A DNA stretch of 19,920 nt from a virus. Of the stretch, positions 1 through 8,520 are shown piece by piece. Location of the stretch: UHGV virus genome UHGV-0097752. One strand, written 5' to 3'. Every line of letters starts with the position of its first letter. The stretch's first letter is position 1. The notes below the pieces were generated by a model. The model made no database searches, was not told the origin of the DNA, and saw nothing but the letters and a program-made list of their open reading frames with translations. The translations under genes and the position numbers were made by a program.

Positions 1-372
1 CAGTTGTTTTGATTTCCGGTAGCCTGCCGCGTAAATGGCTACGTTTGGAAGACATACACCAGTTTCTGGTTGCTTATGTCCAAACTCATTCGCGTACACA
101 ATGGCCGCTCTCTCCAGATTGCGTCTGTATTCTTTCTGTTGCCAGATCACGTCCTGTGCCATGAACTTAATTGGCTTAGCGTCTTCTATGCGCTCAGGCG
201 TTTCGTGAGTACCTTTAGCCTGAATCTGCGCTCTGCTTAGAGTAGGGCGGTGTAATACTTCTGAACTTATTGCTTCTTCGCGGGCCAGTACGCCGTTAGC
301 TAATGCCTTTGCCTTTAAACGCTCACGACGACGAGAACGTGAATTGCCTTTGAACTGAGTTCTGCGTGTCAT
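1..372 (-). CDS. N: N-type transcription antiterminator, 5' part (ORF runs off window start)
   Basis: Minus-strand ORF starting at ATG (complement of 370-372) with AGGAGG about 5 nt upstream. N-terminal arginine-rich motif (NSRSRRRERLKAKA) and a ...VAIYAAGYRKSKQ... segment resembling P22 gene 24/N-family proteins as recalled. Sits downstream of pL and a boxB-like hairpin. At least 124 codons are visible, longer than lambda N, so C-terminus and true length are unknown. Confidence 0.6.
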   Translation of the reverse strand, partial: MTRRTQFKGNSRSRRRERLKAKALANGVLAREEAISSEVLHRPTLSRAQIQAKGTHETPERIEDAKPIKFMAQDVIWQQKEYRRNLERAAIVYANEFGHKQPETGVCLPNVAIYAAGYRKSKQL

Positions 373-537
373 ATAGACCTCCTGATGAACTTTGGTGGTG
401 TGGTAGGTGGGAGACCCATTTCGACCTGTTTCGGCCTACTTCAATTCGGCAATAGTCCCGCAGGCCTCGCCGCTTTACGTGCGACATATTCCCGTCCATG
501 AACCCTTCACCACACCCCAAAGTTCACTTTGGTTATT

Positions 538-553
538 GCGCTTTGTCAGCGCC
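538..553 (-). promoter_or_regulatory. nutL boxB-like hairpin (GCGCUGACAAAGCGC on leftward transcript)
   Basis: Minus-strand reading GGCGCTGACAAAGCGC: 5-bp GC stem with GACAA pentaloop, between pL and the N start codon. Same loop as the hairpin after cro. No clear boxA (CGCTCTT) seen upstream of it. Confidence 0.5.
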
Positions 554-600
554 GTAGATTCATATTTGAATCGTTGTATATTCACCGCCCTGGTGAGTAG

Positions 601-684
601 TGCGTCCTGCTGATGTGTTTAGCATCACCGCCAGTGGTATTTATGTCAACACCGCTAGAGATAATTCATCACCGCAGATGGTTA
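601..684 (-). promoter_or_regulatory. pL promoter with OL1-OL2-OL3 operators
   Basis: Minus strand reads TATCTCTAGCGGTGTTGACATAAATACCACTGGCGGTGATGCTAAACACATCAGCAGGACGCA: -35 TTGACA (plus 644-649), 17-nt spacer, -10 GATGCT (plus 621-626). 17-bp operator-like sites at 624-640, 648-664 and 668-684 match the lambda OL half-site pattern as recalled. Confidence 0.8.
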
Positions 685-768
685 TCTGTATGTTTTTTAT
701 ATGAATTTATTTTTTGCAGGGGTGCATTGTTTGGTAGGTGAGAGATCTGAACTGCTATGTTTAGTGAG

Positions 769-798
769 TTGTATCTATTTATTTTCAAATAGATACAA
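769..798. repeat. Perfect 12-bp inverted repeat with 6-nt spacer (TTGTATCTATTT-ATTTTC-AAATAGATACAA)
   Basis: Read directly: the right arm is the exact reverse complement of the left arm. AT-rich, non-coding, between the pL operators and the leftward terminator. No T-tract follows on either strand. Confidence 0.9.
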
Positions 799-835
799 TT
801 GGTTATGTGTTCTTGGGTGAGGGGGATCGTGAGGC

Positions 836-861
836 AAAGAAAACCCGGCTCTGTGGCCGGG
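836..861 (-). terminator. Intrinsic terminator for the leftward cI/KilA-N transcript
   Basis: Minus strand CCCGGCCACAGAGCCGGG (6-bp GC stem, 6-nt loop) followed by TTTTCTTT, about 80 nt downstream of the KilA-N gene stop. Confidence 0.5.
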
Positions 862-942
862 AATAACATTTAGGAATCAAGGTCAGGTAGCATGATTTTC
901 TCAATCAACGTCAATGCCCTTTGGTCTCGTTCAGCAAAATAT

Positions 943-1629
943 TTAGGAGCGTACTGAGGCAGCCACACTTCGTTGAAGTATTGTTTGAAATCTGCAATAT
1001 TCGTTTGGGTATAGACGTACCGGGAATGTCCGGCCATCTGGGTACTCATGGTTATATGTTGGGAATGTCTTCGGCTCAACCCCCCGGTTGTCACGGAGCC
1101 ATTGCGAGAAAACCCTACCCTCTGAAATATCAGGGACCATTTTTTCTGGCAGCGTATATCCGGCCTGTTCAAGTGGCGCAACCAAGTTAAACGTCAGTTC
1201 ATTAAGCATAGAAAAGTGCGTATGAGGAACTCTGCCTCGGTTTGTCATATACCGCTTAAGGTGGATAGGGAGTTCGGCAGGCGCTCTTTCACCTGACATC
1301 CACTCACGCACCCATCTCGATACTTGCACTGCAAATTTTGGAGATAGCCACTGAGCTAAATTAATTGCGATGTCTGGATGAACCCAAGTCCCTTGATTCT
1401 CTGCTCTTCCGCCTTTAAATGATTGAATTAACTCCGATATGGGAATCCCCATATCGCGTGATAATTCATCAAAAAAATCTTGTGTTGTTTTTAGTCGTGT
1501 ATAGTCAGCAAGTAGCTTCCCCGCAGACTTGCACATCGCGGTGGCATTGATGTATCCGTCTTTGGTGCGAAGATGGATGACTTCTCCATCAACTTCTCTA
1601 GCGATTAATGCAAGTTGAAATTGTGTCAT
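943..1629 (-). CDS. KilA-N domain protein with unassigned C-terminal half (occupies the rexAB-equivalent slot)
   Basis: 228-aa minus-strand ORF. The N-terminal half carries the KilA-N/APSES-like signature (DGYINATAMCKSAGK ... GTWVHPDIAINLAQWLSPKFAVQVSRWV). Start ATG (complement of 1627-1629) lies 31 nt downstream of the cI stop with an AGGA RBS, same orientation as cI. C-terminal ~110 aa not recognised. Confidence 0.75.
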   Translation of the reverse strand: MTQFQLALIAREVDGEVIHLRTKDGYINATAMCKSAGKLLADYTRLKTTQDFFDELSRDMGIPISELIQSFKGGRAENQGTWVHPDIAINLAQWLSPKFAVQVSRWVREWMSGERAPAELPIHLKRYMTNRGRVPHTHFSMLNELTFNLVAPLEQAGYTLPEKMVPDISEGRVFSQWLRDNRGVEPKTFPTYNHEYPDGRTFPVRLYPNEYCRFQTILQRSVAASVRS

Positions 1630-1660
1630 AAATCATCCTATTACGTGAAAAATAAAACAA

Positions 1661-2377
<717 letters not shown>

Positions 2378-2384
2378 TTAAATC

Positions 2385-2450
2385 TATCACCGCAAGGGAT
2401 AAACTTCTAACACCGTGCGTGTTGACTATTTTACCTCTAGCGGTGATAAT
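2385..2450. promoter_or_regulatory. OR3-OR2-OR1 operators with divergent pRM and pR
   Basis: 17-bp sites TATCACCGCAAGGGATA (2385-2401), TAACACCGTGCGTGTTG (2408-2424), TACCTCTAGCGGTGATA (2432-2448). pR -35 TTGACT (2422-2427) and -10 GATAAT (2445-2450). AGGAGG RBS before the cro ATG. Confidence 0.85.
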
Positions 2451-2474
2451 GGTTGCCTGTACTAAGGAGGTTGT

Positions 2475-2675
2475 ATGGAACAACGCATAACCCTGAAAGA
2501 TTATGCAATACGCTTTGGGCAAACCAAGACGGCTAAAGATCTCGGCGTATATCAAAGCGCGATTAACAAGGCCATTCATGCAGGCCGAAAGATTTTTTTA
2601 ACTATAAACGCTGATGGAAGCGTTTATGCGGAAGAAATAAAGCCCTTCCCAAGTAACAAAAAAACAACTGCATAA
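2475..2675 (+). CDS. cro: Cro repressor
   Basis: 66-aa ORF ([54 protein letters not shown]...) matching lambda Cro as recalled; first gene from pR. Confidence 0.95.
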   Translation: MEQRITLKDYAIRFGQTKTAKDLGVYQSAINKAIHAGRKIFLTINADGSVYAEEIKPFPSNKKTTA

Positions 2676-2682
2676 GTAACAC

Positions 2683-2728
2683 CGCTCTTTTCACAATGGA
2701 CATTCGTCCTACGTCGCTGACAAAGCGA
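2683..2728 (+). promoter_or_regulatory. nutR (boxA-like CGCTCTTT plus boxB hairpin TCGCTGACAAAGCGA)
   Basis: CGCTCTTT at 2683-2690 just after the cro stop. 5-bp stem with GACAA pentaloop at 2714-2728, same loop as the nutL hairpin. Confidence 0.5.
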
Positions 2729-2812
2729 GCCCCAAGATATCTGACCAACTAAGGCCATATGCGTTTCCACGCATACCTTTCAACTAACTATTCACTATTG
2801 GAAAATTAACAA

Positions 2813-3109
2813 ATGACACAAGCAAGTTATAGCAAGCCAACACAGCGAGAAATTGATCGCGCTGAAACTGATTTACTCATCAACCTGTCAACGCTTACCC
2901 AGCGCGGTCTGGCAAAGATGATTGGCTGTCATGAATCGAAGATAAGCAGAACGGACTGGAGATTTATTGCTTCGGTCTTGTGTGCTTTCGGAATGGCATC
3001 AGACATCAGTCCGATTAGTAGGGCTTTTAAGTATGCGCTTGATGAAATCACAAAGAAAAAATCCCCGGCCGCCACCGAGGATTTTAAGCAAATTGATATG
3101 CAATTCTGA
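2813..3109 (+). CDS. cII: CII-family transcriptional activator
   Basis: 98-aa ORF; C-terminal ...[18 protein letters not shown] resembles the lambda CII tail (...KKRPAATERSEQIQMEF); HTH-like centre; position after cro/nutR. Confidence 0.8.
   Translation: MTQASYSKPTQREIDRAETDLLINLSTLTQRGLAKMIGCHESKISRTDWRFIASVLCAFGMASDISPISRAFKYALDEITKKKSPAATEDFKQIDMQF
2822..2835 (-). promoter_or_regulatory. Candidate CII-binding direct repeat (TTGC-N6-TTGC) of a pRE-like promoter
   Basis: Minus strand reads TTGCTATAACTTGC inside the 5' end of cII, the arrangement of lambda pRE. No promoter -10 was verified. Confidence 0.4.
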
Positions 3110-3141
3110 GGGAATTACTGGATCAATCCACAGGAGTAATT

Positions 3142-3288
3142 ATGACAAAACAACTCAGTCCTTACCAGGACAAAATTCACAAACACATACTACGTGATCG
3201 CTTCCTGTCCAGCTTCAAGCAGCCTGGTCGATTCCGGTCTGAGTTGGAAAAAGTGAAGCTGATGCAGAAGGAGAAAGGTCATGAGTAA
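3142..3288 (+). CDS. Small hypothetical protein (48 aa) between cII and O
   Basis: ATG at 3142 with AGGAG 5 nt upstream; translates [48 protein letters not shown]; stop overlaps the O start. Below the 60-aa cut-off of the ORF track. Confidence 0.4.
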   Translation: MTKQLSPYQDKIHKHILRDRFLSSFKQPGRFRSELEKVKLMQKEKGHE

Positions 3289-4141
3289 TATTGCAACCGT
3301 AACACATTTAAGGCCTTCACAACGGCCTGTGGAGCGTCGTGTGGCAGAAGTTGAAGATGGTTATACCCGTCTTGCAAATGCCCTGTATGAAGAGCTTATC
3401 GGCGCAGATTTAACGAAAAATCAGAGCAAGGTTGCCCACGCCATATGCCGTAAAACATACGGCTACGGTAAAAAGATGGATCGCATCTCTGATAGTCAGT
3501 TAGCTCAAATTACCAGGCTGCCAAGACAGAAGGTAAACAAGGCCAAGAATGAGCTTATCGCGATGAAGGTTATCCTTCGCGAAGGCCAGCAAATCGGGCC
3601 TAACAAGAACATCGAGGAATGGCAAATCGAAGGGTGTCACTACTCTGGTGATAATGTCACTGCATTGGTGACAAAAAGTGTCACCAAAACGGTGACAGCG
3701 CTGTCACCAAAACAGGGACACACAAAAGAAACTATTACAAAAGAAAAAAGAAATAATAAAAACACTATGTCCGAAAGTGTTCGGACGGAGTGTGAAAAAT
3801 CACCTGACCGTCACGAAGAAACCGACAAGGCATTCGAGGAAATATTCTGGTGTGCAGGCATGCGGAAAGCCGGGAAGAAAAACGCAGCTTCGGCATTCAG
3901 AACACAGTTCAGGGAATGGCGTAAAACTACCAGGGGTACGGCAAGCGAGTTTGCCACGATGCTGGCAGAAGACATCGCATGCAGGAATGGTAAGCAGTTC
4001 GGATTCGACAGGTTGTTACCATCGAGCTACCTGAACGGTCAGCGCTGGAACGACGAGAAGCCAGAAACCATTCAACCACAATCCAAACCATCATCCGCAA
4101 TCACCGTATCGAAAACTGGCTACGTGTTTTTCGACAGGTGA
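3281..4141 (+). CDS. O: Replication initiator, lambda O family
   Basis: 286 aa; N-terminal region resembles lambda O ([14 protein letters not shown] ... [41 protein letters not shown] ... GPNKNIEEW); contains an iteron/AT-rich block mid-gene as in lambda. Confidence 0.85.
   Translation: MSNIATVTHLRPSQRPVERRVAEVEDGYTRLANALYEELIGADLTKNQSKVAHAICRKTYGYGKKMDRISDSQLAQITRLPRQKVNKAKNELIAMKVILREGQQIGPNKNIEEWQIEGCHYSGDNVTALVTKSVTKTVTALSPKQGHTKETITKEKRNNKNTMSESVRTECEKSPDRHEETDKAFEEIFWCAGMRKAGKKNAASAFRTQFREWRKTTRGTASEFATMLAEDIACRNGKQFGFDRLLPSSYLNGQRWNDEKPETIQPQSKPSSAITVSKTGYVFFDR
3647..3765. repeat. Putative origin: GTGACA/TGTCAC-based iterons followed by an AT-rich tract, inside the O gene
   Basis: Repeated GGTGACA...TGTCACC units (3647-3715), then AAAGAAACTATTACAAAAGAAAAAAGAAATAATAAAAACA. 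Matches the ori-lambda layout of iterons plus an AT-rich unwinding region. Confidence 0.6.
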
Positions 4142-4248
4142 ACCATGAAATCAAAAATCAAATCGCTACTGGTCGCTGGTTATAACCACGGCTGGTTAAG
4201 TATTTCGTTTGTCGATTTCTGGTTTAAAAATCTCAATCTGAGGGAATC

Positions 4249-6129
4249 ATGACGCCAAGTGAACTCAGTGACCTGCTTTGGGCGCAGGTTGACAGGGTGG
4301 CTCCGCACCTGTTGCCAAACGGCAAGAAAGAGGGGCATGAGTGGGTTGCCGGTAACGTCAACGGTGACAAGGGAAACAGCCTTAAGGTCAACCTTAGCGG
4401 CAAGAAAAAATGGGCTGATTTCGCTGAGGGAGACGGCGGTGACATGCTTGATTTGTGGATGGCATGTCGTGGAATTAACCTGCATCAGGCTATGCAGGAA
4501 GCGAAAGCCTTTCTCGGAATCAAGGATGACGATCACCATTTCGATGCCAAACGTGAGAAGAAATTCTCCAGACCTGACCGCAAGAAAATCGCCCGCTACG
4601 TTACCAGAACAGAATCCCATCTTGAGTACCTGCAATCGCGTGGCATATCGCCAGAAGTCGTAAAGCGCTACGAGGTTGTCAGCGGCAAGGTGTGGAATGG
4701 AGAACGGGAACTGGATGCTCTGGTGATTCCGTACAAACGCGATGGTGAGTTGTTGCAGGTCAAGCGAATCAGCACTGAGCGCCCGGACGGGAAGAAAGTC
4801 ATTATGGCAGAAGGTGATTGCGAACCTTGTCTGTTCGGATGGCAGGCTCTGGACGCTGGCGTGAGGGCGGTTGTACTTTGCGAAGGCGAAATTGATTGTA
4901 TGAGCTATGCGCAATACGGCATCTCGGCGTTATCCGTGCCGTTTGGTGGCGGGAAAGGCGCTAAGCAACAGTGGATTGAGTTTGAGTATCACAACCTCGA
5001 CAGGTTTGAGGAAATATTCATCTCGATGGATGTTGATGATGTTGGTCGTGAAGCCGCAAGGGAAATCGCAAGCCGACTCGGTGAACATCGTTGCCGTCTT
5101 GTTACTCTGCCGTACAAAGACATCAACGAATGCCTGATGAACGGTGTTACCGAGGATGAAATCTGGCAGTACATCGGCACGGCATCCTACTTCGATCCTG
5201 AAGAACTCTACAGCGCGCGCGAGTTTTACCAGGACACTATCAACGCTTTCTACGGCAAGCAGCAGTATCTGTTTAATCCACCGTGGGAATCTCTGGCAGA
5301 TAAATTCCAGTTCCGTGAGGCCGAGTTGACGCTGGTCAATGGTGTGAACGGTCACGGAAAAACGGAGGTTGTCGGGCATATGGCACTTGAGGCAATGCGT
5401 CAGGGGGTGAAGACGTGCATCGCGTCACTTGAGCTGAAGCCTGGTATTCTCCTTAAGCGCCTTACCCGTCAGGCAACGTGCTGCAAGATGCCGCCAGTGC
5501 TGGAAATTGACTCTGCATTTAAATTTTATGACGAAAGACTTTGGGTGTTTGGCCTGACCGGAACGGCGAAAGCCGACAGACTGATCGAAATATTCGACTA
5601 CGCTCGCCGCCGATACGGGATCCAGTTATTCATCATCGACAGCCTAATGAAATGTGGCATAGGCGACGATGACTATAACGGGCAGAAGGCGTTTGTTGAC
5701 TCGATTTGCGACTTCAAAAACAAAACAAACTCCCACGTCATTCTCGTTACTCACTCGCGAAAAGGAGACAGCGAAGAAAAACCAACCGGGAAAATGGACG
5801 TAAAAGGCTCTGGAGCGATAACAGACCTGACAGACAACCTTTTCATCATCTGGCGTAACAAGGCTCGCGAGAGAGCGTTACAGAGAGTTCAGAGTGGTGA
5901 AAAGATGTCAGAGAAGGACGAACAGCTACTGGCATCTCCGGCATCTGTTTTGATGCTTGAAAAACAACGTAACGGCGAAGGTTGGGAAGGTGGTGTCCCG
6001 TTGTTCCTTGACGAGCAATCGCACCAGTTCCTGCAACTTGAATCAGGATCGCCATATAGCTACATCGCCAATATGCCGAAATCGGAATATGACGAGGCGT
6101 GGCGACAGGAAAACGTGACGGAGTATTAA
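4249..6129 (+). CDS. Bifunctional primase-helicase (TOPRIM primase domain plus RecA-like helicase domain)
   Basis: 626 aa. TOPRIM-like acidic motifs (VVLCEGEIDCMS, ISMDVDDVGREAA), Walker A GVNGHGKTEV, Walker B-like LFIIDSLMK. Follows O where lambda carries P. Confidence 0.8.
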   Translation: MTPSELSDLLWAQVDRVAPHLLPNGKKEGHEWVAGNVNGDKGNSLKVNLSGKKKWADFAEGDGGDMLDLWMACRGINLHQAMQEAKAFLGIKDDDHHFDAKREKKFSRPDRKKIARYVTRTESHLEYLQSRGISPEVVKRYEVVSGKVWNGERELDALVIPYKRDGELLQVKRISTERPDGKKVIMAEGDCEPCLFGWQALDAGVRAVVLCEGEIDCMSYAQYGISALSVPFGGGKGAKQQWIEFEYHNLDRFEEIFISMDVDDVGREAAREIASRLGEHRCRLVTLPYKDINECLMNGVTEDEIWQYIGTASYFDPEELYSAREFYQDTINAFYGKQQYLFNPPWESLADKFQFREAELTLVNGVNGHGKTEVVGHMALEAMRQGVKTCIASLELKPGILLKRLTRQATCCKMPPVLEIDSAFKFYDERLWVFGLTGTAKADRLIEIFDYARRRYGIQLFIIDSLMKCGIGDDDYNGQKAFVDSICDFKNKTNSHVILVTHSRKGDSEEKPTGKMDVKGSGAITDLTDNLFIIWRNKARERALQRVQSGEKMSEKDEQLLASPASVLMLEKQRNGEGWEGGVPLFLDEQSHQFLQLESGSPYSYIANMPKSEYDEAWRQENVTEY

Positions 6130-6157
6130 ATGACCATCTACATCACTGAGCTAATAA

Positions 6158-6190
6158 CAGGCCTGCTGGTAATCGCAGGCCTTTTTATTT
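6158..6190 (+). terminator. Intrinsic terminator after the replication genes (tR2-like position)
   Basis: AGGCCTGC-TGGTAATC-GCAGGCCT hairpin followed by TTTTTATTT. Confidence 0.55.
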
Positions 6191-6205
6191 GGGGGAGAGT
6201 AAATC

Positions 6206-6412
6206 GTGGCTGAGTTTATGCTCGTCGCATTCAAATGCGTTGGCGTTGGATGGATTCTTCTGACGTTTTTTATTGTTCTGCATAGCTACATTCGTCTTGT
6301 GAATGACGGTAAAGACCCATGGTATACGTTGTTTGGCGCTGCATTTGTCTGGGTGATTATCGGTGTTATGCCTGTTGTCGTAGCAAAAATGGCGTGGCGT
6401 TTTGTGAGTTGA
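6206..6412 (+). CDS. Small membrane protein (two predicted TM helices)
   Basis: 68 codons from GTG 6206, GGGGGAGAG RBS 6 nt upstream; strongly hydrophobic (LVAFKCVGVGWILLTFFIVL, LFGAAFVWVIIGVMPVVVA). Confidence 0.5.
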   Translation: MAEFMLVAFKCVGVGWILLTFFIVLHSYIRLVNDGKDPWYTLFGAAFVWVIIGVMPVVVAKMAWRFVS

Positions 6413-6429
6413 ACTGAGGGTAAGTATCG

Positions 6430-6750
6430 ATGGACGAATCAAGAAAGCAGTTTGAAGAAAGTTGGTTGCGACGTGGAGGCGAATCATCAGACCTTATCCG
6501 TTACCCTGAAAATCACCATGAAATTGGCAGTGGTGATATTGGTGGTCAATACGTGATGGACGATGTTCAAGGCCACTGGCAAACGTGGCAGGCATCGCGA
6601 GCAGCTATTGAAATAACCGCGCCAAAGTTTATCGACAGCAGAGAAGCATTAGCCAAAGGGTTTACTGTTGATTATTCCAATGGCTTCGGTGATGCAATGG
6701 ATGCTTATGAGGAAAACATCCGCGCTGCTGGAGTCAAAGTGAAGGAGTGA
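6430..6750 (+). CDS. Hypothetical protein (106 aa), unassigned
   Basis: ORF with GAGGG RBS about 8 nt upstream of ATG; acidic, no recognisable motif; co-oriented in the delayed-early operon. Confidence 0.55.
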   Translation: MDESRKQFEESWLRRGGESSDLIRYPENHHEIGSGDIGGQYVMDDVQGHWQTWQASRAAIEITAPKFIDSREALAKGFTVDYSNGFGDAMDAYEENIRAAGVKVKE

Positions 6751-6752
6751 GT

Positions 6753-6917
6753 ATGAGCGCATACGAAGAAATCATGTTAGCCCTGCGATTCTTTTTCGGT
6801 GTGGAAGAAGATGAAAACGTAAATGAGATTATCGGGCAAGACCATGACCCGATAGGGACTATTGCAGCTGCACTTGACGATTACAGGAGCGTAAATGGTG
6901 AGGAAACTAACGTTTGA
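6753..6917 (+). CDS. Small hypothetical protein (54 aa)
   Basis: ATG 6753 three nt after the upstream stop with GGAG RBS; MSAYEEIMLALRFFFGVEEDENVNEIIGQDHDPIGTIAAALDDYRSVNGEETNV; overlaps the ninB start. Confidence 0.4.
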   Translation: MSAYEEIMLALRFFFGVEEDENVNEIIGQDHDPIGTIAAALDDYRSVNGEETNV

Positions 6918-7338
6918 ACTAAGAAGCCCCATCCATCAGCAGAACGCCATTCAAGCTATCCAGCAAATCCTTCCAGACCCAACCAAACCAATCGTAGTGA
7001 CCATCCAGGAACGCAACCGCAGCTTAGACCAAAATCGGAAGCTTTGGGCTTGCCTTGGTGACGTCTCTCGTCAGGTTGAATGGCATGGTCGCTGGCTGGA
7101 TGCAGAAAGCTGGAAGTGTGTGTTTACCGCAGCATTAAAGCAGCAGGACGTTGTTCCTAACCTTGCCGGGAATGGCTTTGTGGTAATAGGCCAGTCAACC
7201 AGCAGGATGCGTGTAAGCGAATTTGCGGAGTTATTAGAGCTTATACAGGCATTCGGTACAGAGCGTGGCGTTAAGTGGTCAGACGAAGCTCGACTGGCTC
7301 TGGAGTGGAAAGCGAGATGGGGAGACAGGGCTGCATGA
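6895..7338 (+). CDS. ninB: NinB (Orf-family recombination mediator)
   Basis: 147 aa, near-identical to lambda NinB as recalled (QQILPDPTKPIVVTIQERNRSLDQNRKLWACLGDVSRQVEWHGRWLDAESWKCVF...). Confidence 0.9.
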   Translation: MVRKLTFELRSPIHQQNAIQAIQQILPDPTKPIVVTIQERNRSLDQNRKLWACLGDVSRQVEWHGRWLDAESWKCVFTAALKQQDVVPNLAGNGFVVIGQSTSRMRVSEFAELLELIQAFGTERGVKWSDEARLALEWKARWGDRAA

Positions 7339-8207
7339 TAAATGTCGTTAGTTTCTCCGGTGGCAGGACGTCAGCATATTTGCTCTGGCTAATGGAGCAA
7401 AAGCGACGGGCAGGTAAAGACGTGCATTACGTTTTCATGGATACAGGTTGTGAACATCCAATGACATATCGGTTTGTCAGGGAAGTTGTGAAGTTCTGGG
7501 ATATACCGCTCACCGTATTGCAGGTTGATATCAACCCGGAGCTTGGACAGCCAAATGGTTATACGGTATGGGAACCAAAGGATATTCAGACGCGAATGCC
7601 TGTTCTGAAGCCATTTATCGATATGGTAAAGAAATATGGCACTCCATACGTCGGCGGCGCGTTCTGCACTGACAGATTAAAACTCGTTCCCTTCACCAAA
7701 TACTGTGATGACCATTTCGGGCGAGGGAATTACACCACGTGGATTGGCATCAGAGCTGATGAACCGAAGCGGCTAAAGCCAAAGCCTGGAATCAGATATC
7801 TTGCTGAACTGTCAGACTTTGAGAAGGAAGATATCCTCGCATGGTGGAAGCAACAACCATTCGATTTGCAAATACCGGAACATCTCGGTAACTGCATATT
7901 CTGCATTAAAAAATCAACGCAAAAAATCGGACTTGCCTGCAAAGATGAGGAGGGATTGCAGCGTGTTTTTAATGAGGTCATCACGGGATCCCATGTGCGT
8001 GACGGACATCGGGAAACGCCAAAGGAGATTATGTACCGAGGAAGAATGTCGCTGGACGGTATCGCGAAAATGTATTCAGAAAATGATTATCAAGCCCTGT
8101 ATCAGGACATGGTACGAGCTAAAAGATTCGATACCGGCTCTTGTTCTGAGTCATGCGAAATATTTGGAGGGCAGCTTGATTTCGACTTCGGGAGGGAAGC
8201 TGCATGA
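7335..8207 (+). CDS. ninC: NinC (PAPS-reductase-like)
   Basis: Start at ATG 7335 (ATGA overlap with the ninB stop), [22 protein letters not shown]... The 310-aa track ORF has an upstream in-frame extension I do not consider translated. Confidence 0.9.
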   Translation: MINVVSFSGGRTSAYLLWLMEQKRRAGKDVHYVFMDTGCEHPMTYRFVREVVKFWDIPLTVLQVDINPELGQPNGYTVWEPKDIQTRMPVLKPFIDMVKKYGTPYVGGAFCTDRLKLVPFTKYCDDHFGRGNYTTWIGIRADEPKRLKPKPGIRYLAELSDFEKEDILAWWKQQPFDLQIPEHLGNCIFCIKKSTQKIGLACKDEEGLQRVFNEVITGSHVRDGHRETPKEIMYRGRMSLDGIAKMYSENDYQALYQDMVRAKRFDTGSCSESCEIFGGQLDFDFGREAA

Positions 8208-8377
8208 TGCGATGTTATCGGTGCGGTGAATGCAAAGAAGATAACCGCTTCCGACCAAATCAACCTTACTGGAATCGATGGTGTCTCCGATGTGAAAGAA
8301 CACCAACAGGGGTGTTACCACTACCGCAGGAAAAGGAGGACGTGTGGCGAGACAGCGACGAAGTATCACCGACATAA
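8204..8377 (+). CDS. ninD: NinD (small Cys-rich zinc-ribbon-like protein)
   Basis: 57-aa [60 protein letters not shown]; ATGA overlap with the ninC stop; below the track length cut-off. Confidence 0.75.
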
Positions 8378-8520
8378 TCTGCGAAAACTGCAAATACCTT
8401 CCAACGAAGCGCTCCAGAAATAAACGCAAGCCAATCCCAAAAGAATCTGACGTAAAAACCTTCAATTACACAGCTCACCTGTGGGATATCCGGTGGCTAA
8501 GACATCGTGCGAGGAAATGA
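8344..8520 (+). CDS. ninE: NinE
   Basis: GTG start with AGGAGGA RBS; (M)[57 protein letters not shown], lambda NinE-like as recalled. Confidence 0.7.

Noticed and set aside
323-613. ORFs 323-520 (minus) and 407-613 (plus) in the N leader
   Set aside because: They overlap the N start, the nutL hairpin and the pL transcript start; the region is better explained as an untranslated leader with regulatory RNA structure.
687-705. Possible LexA box near CTGTATGTTTTTTATATG
   Set aside because: Only the CTGT half is present; no ACAG at the required spacing.
669-1190. ORFs 669-869 (minus), 870-1181 (minus) and 921-1190 (plus)
   Set aside because: 669-869 lies in AT-rich non-coding DNA containing the palindrome and terminator; the other two are alternative frames overlapping the KilA-N gene.
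2758-2775. Hairpin TATGCGT-TTCC-ACGCATA after nutR as an intrinsic tR1 terminator
   Set aside because: No T-tract follows; lambda tR1 is Rho-dependent, so the hairpin alone does not support an intrinsic terminator call.
4180-4914. 244-aa minus-strand ORF (and nested 4233-4445, 4259-4663, 4930-5379 ORFs) overlapping the primase-helicase gene
   Set aside because: Entirely antisense or out of frame to a long plus-strand gene with clear ATPase and TOPRIM motifs; no RBS or recognisable motifs; typical shadow ORFs.
7275-7334. Upstream extension of ninC to an ATG at 7275 (310-aa version)
   Set aside because: The extension overlaps the end of ninB in another frame; the ATG at 7335 gives the conserved NinC N-terminus with a coupled ATGA start.
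8226-8423. 65-aa plus-strand ORF in the ninD/ninE interval
   Set aside because: Third frame overlapping both NinD (8204-8377) and NinE (8344-8520), which are the recognisable products; likely not translated.
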